DNA of 64,000 nt from Eledone cirrhosa. Its lineage: Eukaryota. Positions within the stretch are counted from its first letter, which is position 1. Each line of letters opens with the position of its first letter. Below, piece by piece: positions 1 through 10,542 of the stretch. The stretch lies in NCBI GenBank assembly GCA_964016885.1, contig OZ024766.1:14570001-14634000 (forward strand), given 5' to 3'. The notes under the pieces are model-generated. The model worked only from the letters and a program-made list of their open reading frames with translations. It did no database searches and was not told the DNA's origin. The position numbers and the translations under genes were made by a program.

Positions 1-23
1 CAACAAATTAAATATAACCTCTG

Positions 24-54
<31 letters not shown>

Positions 55-464
55 CAACATTAGAATTACTACTACATTTTACTTTCTATCTCTCTGCCTC
101 TTCCACTTTTAGTCTCCATTCTTCCCACTTTCTCTCTCTCCCTCTCTCTCTGTCTCTCTCACATCTCTTTCTCTCCCGCTATCTCCCTCTCTCGATATCC
201 CTCTCTTTCTCTCTCTCTCTGTCTCTCTCGCCCCCTCTCTCTTTATCTCTCCTCCTGTCTCTCCCATACACTTACCTAAGGTCATGTAATTTAACTGGGT
301 GTGACTTTCTCTAAAAGTTAATACAAAGACTTGCTTTCAACAGACAGAAACATAGCTACGATGTTGCACACTCATATCATGTGTCTGTATGGCTGACTGT
401 CTGAACTTCATACAGAAATAAAAAACCCACACAACCAACATTCTGGGGTTGATAAAATATAATT

Positions 465-1535
465 GTTTCTAATTATATTGACTAATTATATTTACTAATA
501 ATATTGAGTAATAATATTGACTAATTATATTGACTAATTATATTGACTAATTATATTGAGTAATAATATTGAGTAATAATATTGACTAATTATATTGACT
601 AATTATATTGACTAATTATATTGACTAATTATATTGACTAATTATATTGACTTATATTGACTAATTATATTTACTAATAGTATTGACTAATTATATTGAC
701 TAATTATATTGACTAATTATATTGACTAATAATATTGACTAATTATATTGACTAATTATATTGACTAATTATATTGACTAATTATATTGACTAATTATAT
801 TGACTAATTATATTGACTAATTATATTTACTAATTATATTGACTAATTATATTTACGAATAATAGTAACTAATTATATTAACTAATAATTGTTTCTACGT
901 TAGGCACAAGGCCAGCAATTACCCAGTACATTACTGGTACTTTATTTTATCGACCCCGTAAGGATGAAAGGCAAAGTTAACCTCATTAACTAATTATATT
1001 GACTAATTATATTAACTAATAATATTAACTAATATTATCACCTAATAATATTAACTAATAACATTCACTAATTATATTAACTAATAATATTAACTAATAT
1101 TATCAACTAATAATATTCACTAATAATTTAAATAATTTTTACATTAGGCACAAGGCCAGCAATTACCCCAGTGTATTACTGGTACTTTATTTTATCAACC
1201 CCGTAAGGATGAAAGGCAAAGTTAACCTCGGCGGGATTTGAATTAGTTAATATTATTCGGTGGATTGGCAGTATCGGTGGAGCGTCGGACGCCATGCTTT
1301 GATGCATAGAGTTATATAATTAGTAAATATTATTAGTTAATATAATTAGTTAATATAATTAGTTAATATTATTAGTTAATATAATTAGTTAATATTATTA
1401 GTTAATATTATTAGTTAATATTATTAGTTAATATTATTTAGTTAATATTATTAGTCAATATAATTAGTTAATATTATTAGTTAATATAATTAGTTAATAT
1501 TATTAGTTAATATTATTAGTCAATAATAATATTAA
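465..1535. repeat. 13-bp AT-rich minisatellite (TTGACTAATTATA)n plus a related array in inverted orientation, interleaved with SINE fragments
   Basis: Forward array ~465-890 and reverse-orientation array (TAATATTATTAGT)n ~1315-1535. Present in every full unit with variable length, e.g. ~16461-17260, 21670-22310, 26780-27600. Confidence 0.95.
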
Positions 1536-1536
1536 T

Positions 1537-1722
1537 GGCAGTGGATTGGCAGTATCAGTGGAGGGTCGGACGCCATGCTTTGATGCATAGAGTTACGGCC
1601 CTTGCCATTCTGAGTTCAAATCCCACCGAGGTTAACTTTGCCTTTCATCCTTACGGGGTCGATAAAATAAAGTAGCAGTAATTCACTGGGGTAATTGCTG
1701 GCCTTGTGCCTAACGTAGAAAA
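1537..1722 (+). mobile_element. tRNA-derived SINE (abundant cephalopod-type family)
   Basis: GGCAGTGGATTGGCAG head, B-box-like GAGTTCAAATCCC and core TTTGCCTTTCATCCTTACGGGGTCGATAAAATAAAGTA. Many further copies or fragments on both strands, e.g. 890-985, 1140-1242, 1790-1945, 27300-27479, 36780-36957, 54800-54910, 62053-62190. Confidence 0.85.
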
Positions 1723-1987
1723 AATTATTAACTAATATTTCTAACTAATAATATTGATTGTTGACTAGAAATTTAGAGATTATTTTAATGGTTTCTGATT
1801 TAGATGCAAGGCCAACACATTTGGGGAAGGGGTGTTGATTGACCCCAGTGTGTTACTGGTACTTTATTTTATCAACCCAGTAAGGATGAAAGGCAAAGCT
1901 TACCTTGATGGGATTTGAACTCAGAACGTAAAGGGCCGTAACTGGGTTCAAATCCTACTGAAGTTATAGCTCTAGCTTTCATCCTAA

Positions 1988-2345
1988 CAGGGTTGATAAA
2001 GGAAAGTACCAGTAACGTACTGGGGTTGATAAAGTAAAGTACCAGTAATGTACGGGGGTTGATAAAGTAAAGTACCAGTAACGTACTGGGGTTGATAAAG
2101 TAAAGTACCAGTAATGTACTGGGGTTGATAAAGTAAAGTACCAGTAACGTACTGGGGTTGATAAAATAAAGTACCAGTAATGTACTGGGATTGATAAAAT
2201 AAACTACCAGTAACGTACTGGGGTTGATAAAGTAAAGTACCAGGAATGTACTGGGGTTGATAAAGTAAAGTACCAGTAATGTACTGGGGTTGATAAAATA
2301 AAGTACCAGTAATGTACTGGGGTTGACAAAATAAAGTACCTGGAC
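1988..2345. repeat. 33-bp minisatellite (GTACCAGTAA[T/C]GTACTGGGGTTGATAAAGTAAA)n, unit 1
   Basis: About 11 copies here and about 20-25 in other units (6863-7615, 12619-13437, 18387-19073, 23041-23729, 28841-29494). It produces the spurious 11-aa YQPQYITGTLL ORFs. Confidence 0.96.
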
Positions 2346-2383
2346 TGGTGAGAGATAAAAGCTGAGATATGAAAATAACTAAC

Positions 2384-2521
2384 CTTTCTGACAACTGTTT
2401 CCTTCATAACCTGGAGCACATCTACCCCTTGAACAGATCCCTAATTCCACATTACACCTGTTGTTATCTTCACAATGACACACCTGATCACAGTTGGCAC
2501 CAAGTCTTCCACTACTGCACA
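2384..2521 (-). CDS. Internal coding exon, 8-Cys EGF-like repeat (MEGF10/laminin-type EGF), copy 1
   Basis: Minus-strand acceptor TTTTCCTGTTACAG| and donor AAAG|GTTAGT. 138 bp, phase 1-1, encoding (V)CSSGRLGANCDQVCHCEDNNRCNVELGICSRGRCAPGYEGNSCQK with CxxGxxGxxC and CxxGYxGxxC motifs. Confidence 0.88.
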
Positions 2522-2860
2522 CTGTAACAGGAAAACATTGGTGTAGATCAGGGATTGCCAACTTCTTTGCCTCCATGGGCCGGACGAACGCCATAAAAGA
2601 ATAATTATGGAAAATTACACAAGCTAAAATTTTTATCTCGAGTGTCGACTATACTATTCATTTCTCAAATCTTGAATTATATTCACAAATACCTCTGAAT
2701 CCTGTGATTTCCCTCCTTGAAATGATGGAAAATGCACATAATTTTTATTTCAAAGTTGATGTTCCCACAACTGTAGCTTTTTTTCAAAGGCAACAATATG
2801 GTTATACATTTCATTTACGAGCTGAGTTTTACCTTGAAGTTGTAAATTTAAGTTATTTAA

Positions 2861-3081
2861 CCCTTTAGCACTTACATTACTCTATATTTACTATTGTAAT
2901 GTCACAGTAAACACTTAATTTTATATAGTTATCTCACATAATATTGAATCTATAAGATTTTGATATTATTTATTTTGAGAAGAATACCTTAACGTCAGTA
3001 TGAGTGGCTAGTTACAGCCGGTTTGAACAGAAAAAAGTGAGAGATTTCTGGCCGGATATGGCCGGTTTAAATGCTAAAGGG
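2861..3081. mobile_element. piggyBac-like MITE (221 bp), one per macro-unit
   Basis: TTAA|CCCTTTAGCA ... TGCTAAAGGG|TTAA: terminal inverted repeats with CCC/GGG ends flanked by TTAA at 2857-2860 and 3082-3085. Confidence 0.8.
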
Positions 3082-3209
3082 TTAAACGAGTCACAATATC
3101 CTCAATAAATACCAAAGTTGTAACAGCAGGCCTTTTATTGTATTCGAAAGGAATAATACGTATTATTCTTTTATAATCTTTTATAATCTCTATAATTGTA
3201 TTATTCTTT

Positions 3210-3500
3210 ATCGAAAGGTTGTGAGTTCAATTCTCCGACCGGTTAACGTGTTGTTTCCTTGAGCAAACACTTTATTTCAAATTGCTCCAGTTTACTCAGC
3301 TGTAGAAATGAGATGATAGGGACTGGAGTCCCTATCATTCCACTGTAAAGTGGTCGTAGCGGTGCCACGGCAAAAAATCACCCAGCACTCACTGTAAATG
3401 AGGTTGGTTTTAGGAAGGGCATCAAGCTGTAGAAATCAAGCCAGAATCAGTTCCTGTCCCACTCTTGCAAGCAGGGAAAAGGGGACGTAAAATGAAATGA
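3210..3500 (+). mobile_element. 5'-truncated tRNA-derived SINE with RTE-like 3' tail, one per macro-unit
   Basis: Homologous to the full-length copy at 62820-63161, from the B box GAGTTCAATTC to GGACGTAAAATGAAATGAT. Confidence 0.8.
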
Positions 3501-3709
3501 TTTCATAATTCAGGGGTTGATAAAATATAGTACCAGTGATATCCTGGGGTAGATTTAATAGAATAGCTTAACACACACTCACATATATATATATATCTAC
3601 TAACCAAAGTATCGCGTGATCTGGTGCGTTATGGTCCACCTCGTTCCTTACCATACTTCCTACCACACACACACACACACATATATAGATATATACTTAT
3701 AAATATATA

Positions 3710-4019
3710 CAGAATAAGGAGCAGGTATTACAATAACCTGGGGTTCAAGGGCCCTCACCTCTTCAACAAGCTGCCAAGGAATTTGAGAGATCTGCACGGT
3801 GTGGACGTGGATGTTTTCAAGGAACATCTCGACACCCTGTTACCAGGATCCTGGATGAGCCCACAGCATGGTTCGAAGGTAACCTAAGGGCAGCAACAAC
3901 GAACCCCCTCTTTGCCGAATGGCCAACCAACACAGGTTGGAGAAAGAATGTGTAACAAGGGCATGCCCCAGCATGGCCTCAACTGGATCGCTGGAACACG
4001 TTAAAAGAGTCAAAGAGAA

Positions 4020-4020
<1 letters not shown>
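3710..4020 (+). mobile_element. CR1/L2-like LINE 3' end fragment, one per macro-unit
   Basis: Peptide GFKGPHLFNKLPRNLRDLHGVDVDVFKEHLDTLL resembles the CR1-group ORF2 C-terminus (WNxLP...FKxxLD). Flanked by (TA)n. Confidence 0.7.
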
Positions 4021-4050
<30 letters not shown>

Positions 4051-4723
4051 TTATATTTATATTTCTGGCTATTTCTGGCTGTCGATGGTCCTATTCAGGC
4101 CACTGGGATGACGTTGTTCAACGAGTGTATTTTTAAAAAATGCAACACGTGGTTCAAATCATTCGCAGATTTGCATTTGCTGTGTAAACGCAGATGGTTA
4201 TTTTTCTTCTCATTTGGTGAACATCGAAGAATTTAACTGCTGTGATTTACGGATTAATAGGTGAAATATATTTCTTACTTAAAGAAATATATACAAAGGA
4301 GATTAATCATTTTAAAAGGTATCTATATTTGAAGTTCTAGTCAAGCTTTAATTAGTTACCTACCTAGCTATGTGTGCCTACATTCTTTACAAATTATTCC
4401 CTGTGATTGTTTCATGTATTTATTATATATATATATATATATGTCAATCTATTTCTAGTTGATATGTAATGCTCGGATCTAATCTTTCAGCTTATTCTAC
4501 GCATGGCGCATGTCTCTCAGACATGACAACCCTTAGTTTTAATTTTGGATATATATATATATACATATATGTATATATATATATGTGTGTGTGTGTGTAT
4601 ATATATATATATCTCAGAGTACTCAATACTTAGGGTAGAAGAGTGGGTAATAGGAAAAGAGCCAGGAACCCAACAGCTGAGCTCTGGCCAGAGATCAGCA
4701 GTTGGGGTCCTGACTCTTTTCCT

Positions 4724-4770
<47 letters not shown>

Positions 4771-4911
4771 TAAATGGAAACTATATTTATAAAACCATAT
4801 TTATTTTATTATACATATTTCAAGGCAAACAAGGCAAACTGTTGAGTGCTTTATATCAGTTATAAACATTTTTAAGCTTATTGAATCCCAACAAATTAAA
4901 TATAACCTCTG

Positions 4912-4942
<31 letters not shown>

Positions 4943-7654
4943 CAACATTAGAATTACTACTACATTTTACTTTCTATCTCTCTGCCTCTTCCACTTTTAG
5001 TCTCCATTCTTCCCACTTTCTCTCTCTCCCTCTCTCTCTGTCTCTCTCACATCTCTTTCTCTCCCGCTATCTCCCTCTCTCGATATCCCTCTCTTTCTCT
5101 CTCTCTCTGTCTCTCTCGCCCCCTCTCTCTTTATCTCTCCTCCTGTCTCTCCCATACACTTACCTAAGGTCATGTAATTTAACTGGGTGTGACTTTCTCT
5201 AAAAGTTAATACAAAGACTTGCTTTCAACAGACAGAAACATAGCTACGATGTTGCACACTCATATCATGTGTCTGTATGGCTGACTGTCTGAACTTCATA
5301 CAGAAATAAAAAACCCACACAACCAACATTCTGGGGTTGATAAAATATAATTGTTTCTAATTATATTGACTAATTATATTTACTAATAATATTGAGTAAT
5401 AATATTGACTAATTATATTGACTAATTATATTGACTAATTATATTGAGTAATAATATTGAGTAATAATATTGACTAATTATATTGACTAATTATATTGAC
5501 TAATTATATTGACTAATTATATTGACTAATTATATTGACTTATATTGACTAATTATATTTACTAATAGTATTGACTAATTATATTGACTAATTATATTGA
5601 CTAATTATATTGACTAATAATATTGACTAATTATATTGACTAATTATATTGACTAATTATATTGACTAATTATATTGACTAATTATATTGACTAATTATA
5701 TTTACTAATTATATTGACTAATTATATTTACGAATAATAGTAACTAATTATATTAACTAATAATTGTTTCTACGTTAGGCACAAGGCCAGCAATTACCCA
5801 GTACATTACTGGTACTTTATTTTATCGACCCCGTAAGGATGAAAGGCAAAGTTAACCTCATTAACTAATTATATTGACTAATTATATTAACTAATAATAT
5901 TAACTAATATTATCACCTAATAATATTAACTAATAACATTCACTAATTATATTAACTAATAATATTAACTAATATTATCAACTAATAATATTCACTAATA
6001 ATTTAAATAATTTTTACATTAGGCACAAGGCCAGCAATTACCCCAGTGTATTACTGGTACTTTATTTTATCAACCCCGTAAGGATGAAAGGCAAAGTTAA
6101 CCTCGGCGGGATTTGAATTAGTTAATATTATTCGGTGGATTGGCAGTATCGGTGGAGCGTCGGACGCCATGCTTTGATGCATAGAGTTATATAATTAGTA
6201 AATATTATTAGTTAATATAATTAGTTAATATAATTAGTTAATATTATTAGTTAATATAATTAGTTAATATTATTAGTTAATATTATTAGTTAATATTATT
6301 AGTTAATATTATTTAGTTAATATTATTAGTCAATATAATTAGTTAATATTATTAGTTAATATAATTAGTTAATATTATTAGTTAATATTATTAGTCAATA
6401 ATAATATTAATGGCAGTGGATTGGCAGTATCAGTGGAGGGTCGGACGCCATGCTTTGATGCATAGAGTTACGGCCCTTGCCATTCTGAGTTCAAATCCCA
6501 CCGAGGTTAACTTTGCCTTTCATCCTTACGGGGTCGATAAAATAAAGTAGCAGTAATTCACTGGGGTAATTGCTGGCCTTGTGCCTAACGTAGAAAAAAT
6601 TATTAACTAATATTTCTAACTAATAATATTGATTGTTGACTAGAAATTTAGAGATTATTTTAATGGTTTCTGATTTAGATGCAAGGCCAACACATTTGGG
6701 GAAGGGGTGTTGATTGACCCCAGTGTGTTACTGGTACTTTATTTTATCAACCCAGTAAGGATGAAAGGCAAAGCTTACCTTGATGGGATTTGAACTCAGA
6801 ACGTAAAGGGCCGTAACTGGGTTCAAATCCTACTGAAGTTATAGCTCTAGCTTTCATCCTAACAGGGTTGATAAAGGAAAGTACCAGTAACGTACTGGGG
6901 TTGATGAAGTAAAGTACCTGTAACGTTCTTGGGTTGATTAAGTAAGGTACCAGTAATGTACTGGGGTTGATAAAGTAAAGTACCAGTAATGTACTGGGGT
7001 TGATAAAGTAAAGTACCTGTAACGTTCTTGGGTTGATAAAGTAAGGTACCAGTAATGTACTGGGGTTGATAAAGTAAAGTACCCGTAATGTTCTGGGTTT
7101 GATAAAGTAAAGTATCAGTAACGTACTGGGGTTGATAAAGTAAAGTACCAGTAACGTACTGGGGTTGATAAAGTAAAGTACCAGTAATGTACGGGGGTTG
7201 ATAAAGTAAAGTACCAGTAACGTACTGGGGTTGATAAAGTAAAGTACCAGTAATGTACTGGGGTTGATAAAGTAAAGTACCAGTAACGTACTGGCGTTGA
7301 TAAAGTAAAGTACCAGTAATGTACTGGGGTTGATAAAATAAAGTACCAGTAATGTACTGGAGTTGATAAAATAAAGTACTAGTAACGTACTGGGGTTGAT
7401 AAAGTAAAGTACCAGTAATGTACTGGGGTTGATAAAGTAAAGTAACAGTAATGTACTGGGGTTGATAAAATAAAGTACCAGTAACGTACTGGGGTTGATA
7501 AAGTAAAGTACCAGTAAAGTACTGGGGTTGACAAAATAAAGTACCAGTAATGTACTGGGGTTGACAAAATAAAGTACCAGTAACGTACTGGGGTTGATAA
7601 AATAAAGTACCTGGACTGGTGAGAGATAAAAGCTGAGATATGAAAATAACTAAC

Positions 7655-7792
7655 CTTTCTGACAACTGTTTCCTTCATAACCTGGAGCACATCTACCCCT
7701 TGAACAGATCCCTAATTGCACATTACACCTGTTGTTATCTTCACAATGACACACCTGATCACAGTTGGCACCAAGTCTTCCACTACTGCACA
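7655..7792 (-). CDS. EGF-like exon, copy 2
   Basis: Same splice sites and frame as copy 1, with one E>Q change (NVQLG). Confidence 0.88.
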
Positions 7793-9315
7793 CTGTAACA
7801 GGAAAACATTGGTGTAGATCAGGGATTGGCAACTTCTTTGCCTCCATGGGCCGGACGAACGCCATAAAAGAATAATTATGGAAAATTACACAAGCTAAAA
7901 TTTTTATCTCGAGTGTCGACTATACTATTCATTTCTCAAATCTTGAATTATATTCACAAATACCTCTGAATCCTGTGATTTCCCTCCTTGAAATGATGGA
8001 AAATGCACATAATTTTTATTTCAAAGTTGATGTTCCCACAACTGTAGCTTTTTTTCAAAGGCAACAATATGGTTATACATTTCATTTACGAGCTGAGTTT
8101 TACCTTGAAGTTGTAAATTTAAGTTATTTAACCCTTTAGCACTTACATTACTCTATATTTACTATTCTAGTTTCACAGTAAACACTTTATCTTATATAGT
8201 TATCTCACATAATATTGAATCTATGAGATTTTGATATTATTTATTTTGAGAAGAATACCTTAACGTCAGTATGAGTGGCTAGTTACAGCCGGTTTGAACA
8301 GAAAAAAGTGAGAGATTTCTGGCCGGATATGGCCGGTTTAAATGCTAAAGGGTTAAACGATTCACAATATCCTCAATAAATACCAAAGTTGTAACAGCAG
8401 GCCTTTTATTGTATTCGAAAGGAATAATACGTATTATTCTTTTATAATCTTTTATAATCTCTATAATTGTATTATTCTTTATCGAAAGGTTGTGAGTTCA
8501 ATTCTCAGACCGGGTAATGTGTTGTTTCCTTGAGCAAGACACTTTATTTCAAATTGCTCCAGTTTACTCAGCTGTAGAAATGAGATGATAGGGACTGGAG
8601 TCCCTATCATTCCACTGTAAAGTGGTCGTAGTGGTGCCACGGCAAAAAATCACCCAGCACTCACTGTAAATGAGGTTGGTTTTAGGAAGGGCATCAAGCT
8701 GTAGAAATCAAGCCAGAATCAGTTCCTGTCCCACTCTTGCAAGCAGGGAAAAGGGGACGTAAAATGAAATGATTTCATAATTCAGGGGTTGATAAAATAT
8801 AGTACCAGTGATATCCTGGGGTAGATTTAATAGAATAGCTTAACACACACTCACATATATATATATATCTACTAACCAAAGTATCGCGTGATCTGGTGCG
8901 TTATGGTCCACCTCGTTCCTTACCATACTTCCTACCACACACACACACACACATATATAGATATATACTTATAAATATATACAGAATAAGGAGCAGGTAT
9001 TACAATAACCTGGGGTTCAAGGGCCCTCACCTCTTCAACAAGCTGCCAAGGAATTTGAGAGATCTGCATGGTGTGGACGTGGATGTTTTCAAGGAACATC
9101 TCGACACCCTGTTACCAGGATCCTGGATGAGCCCACAGCATGGTTCGAAGGTAACCTAAGGGCAGCAACAACGAACCCCCTCTTTGCCGAATGGCCAACC
9201 AACACAGGTTGGAGAAAGAATGTGTAACAAGGGCATGCCCCAGCATGGCCTCAACTGGATCGCTGGAACACGTTAAAAGAGTAAAAGAGAATATATATAT
9301 ATATATACATATAAT

Positions 9316-9622
9316 GTAGGAGGTGAGTTTTATTGTAGTACAATAAAGCAATGCAGATATCGGATAAGAAGCACTCTACAGTTTGTAGGACTGGAGTATA
9401 CATAATATAAGATCAAAAGTTGGTTAAAGGAGTTCCATGTATTTTATTATGCGCATTTAAAACTGCACTATCCACAAGTGTTTTTTTAGCCTTCATATCA
9501 TGTTCTCCTGTTTTATCTGATGAAAACACAAATAATATTGCATGATGATGTTTGTTTTTGAAATGCGCATAATAAAATACATGGAACTCCTTTAACCATC
9601 TTTTGATCTTATATTATATATA
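9316..9622. mobile_element. Small Penelope-derived fold-back element with hammerhead; present in units 2, 3 and 5 only
   Basis: Inverted arms at 9402-9458 and 9561-9617, inserted in (TA)n. Copies at ~15137-15443 and ~25429-25735; a related tail lies at ~37610-37725. Confidence 0.7.
9511..9577 (+). ncRNA. Type I hammerhead ribozyme motif (minimal, palindromic stem III)
   Basis: TTTTAT-CTGATGA-[stem II AAACACAAAT...GTTTGTTTTT]-GAAA-TGCGCA-TA-ATAAAA. Stem I is TTTTAT/ATAAAA and the cleavage triplet is AUA. Confidence 0.7.
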
Positions 9623-10134
9623 CATATATATATATTTATATTTATATTTCTGGCTATTTCTGGCTGTCGATGGTCCTATTCAGGCCACTGGGATGACGTT
9701 GTTCAACGAGTGTATTTTTAAAAAAATGCAACACGTGGTTCATATCATTCGCAGATTTGCATTTGCTGCGTAAACGCAGATGGTTATTTTTCTTCTCATT
9801 TGGTGAACATCCAAGAATTTAACTGCTGTGATTTACGGATTAATAGGTGAAATATATTTCTTACTTAAAGAAATATATACAAAGGAGATTAATCATTTTA
9901 AAAGGTATCTATATTTGAAGTTCTAGTCAAGCTTTAATTAGTTACCTACCTAGCTATGTGTGCCTACATTCTTTACAAATTATTCCCTGTGATTGTTTCA
10001 TGTATTTATTATATATATATATATATATGTCAATCTATTTCTAGTTGATATGTAATGCTCGGATCTAATCTTTCAGCTTATTCTACGCATGGTGCATGTC
10101 TCTCAGACATGACAACCCTTAATTTTAATTTTGG

Positions 10135-10188
<54 letters not shown>

Positions 10189-10311
10189 ATATATATATAT
10201 CTCAGAGTACTCAATACTTAGGGTAGAAGAGTGGGTAATAGGAAAAGAGCATGGAACCCAACAGCTGAGCTCTGGCCAGAGATCAGCAGTTGGGGTCCTG
10301 ACTCTTTTCCT

Positions 10312-10368
<57 letters not shown>

Positions 10369-10507
10369 TAAATGGAAACTATATTTATAAAACTATATTT
10401 ATTTTATTATACATATTTCAAGGCAACCAAGGCAAACTGTTGAGTGCTTTATATCAGTTATAAACATTTTTAAGCTTATTGAATCCCAACAAATTAAATA
10501 TAACCTC

Positions 10508-10542
<35 letters not shown>

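Noticed and set aside
1988-2345. CRISPR-like appearance of 33-bp palindromic repeats
   Set aside because: The repeats are head-to-tail with no unique spacers, there are no cas genes, and the context is eukaryotic.
1984-2394. ORFs with 11-aa repeats YQPQYITGTLL or YWYFTLSTPV (also at 6859, 12615, 18812, 23037, 28837)
   Set aside because: These are translations of a 33-bp SINE-derived minisatellite. Several frames are open, unit 4 has a stop and unit 5 has frameshifts, and they lie past the EGF donor site in intron.
2522-2594. 71-aa single-exon EGF ORF starting MAFVRPMEAKK
   Set aside because: The N-terminal part lies upstream of a clear polypyrimidine/AG acceptor, has no signal peptide, and the stop falls within the donor. 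The real unit is the 138-bp internal exon.
4070-4260. Possible exon or ORF in each macro-unit (CSPNEKKNNHLRLHSK... on the minus strand)
   Set aside because: No convincing splice sites, and poly-A/T indels differ between units. Probably a decayed LINE end, but I cannot assign it.
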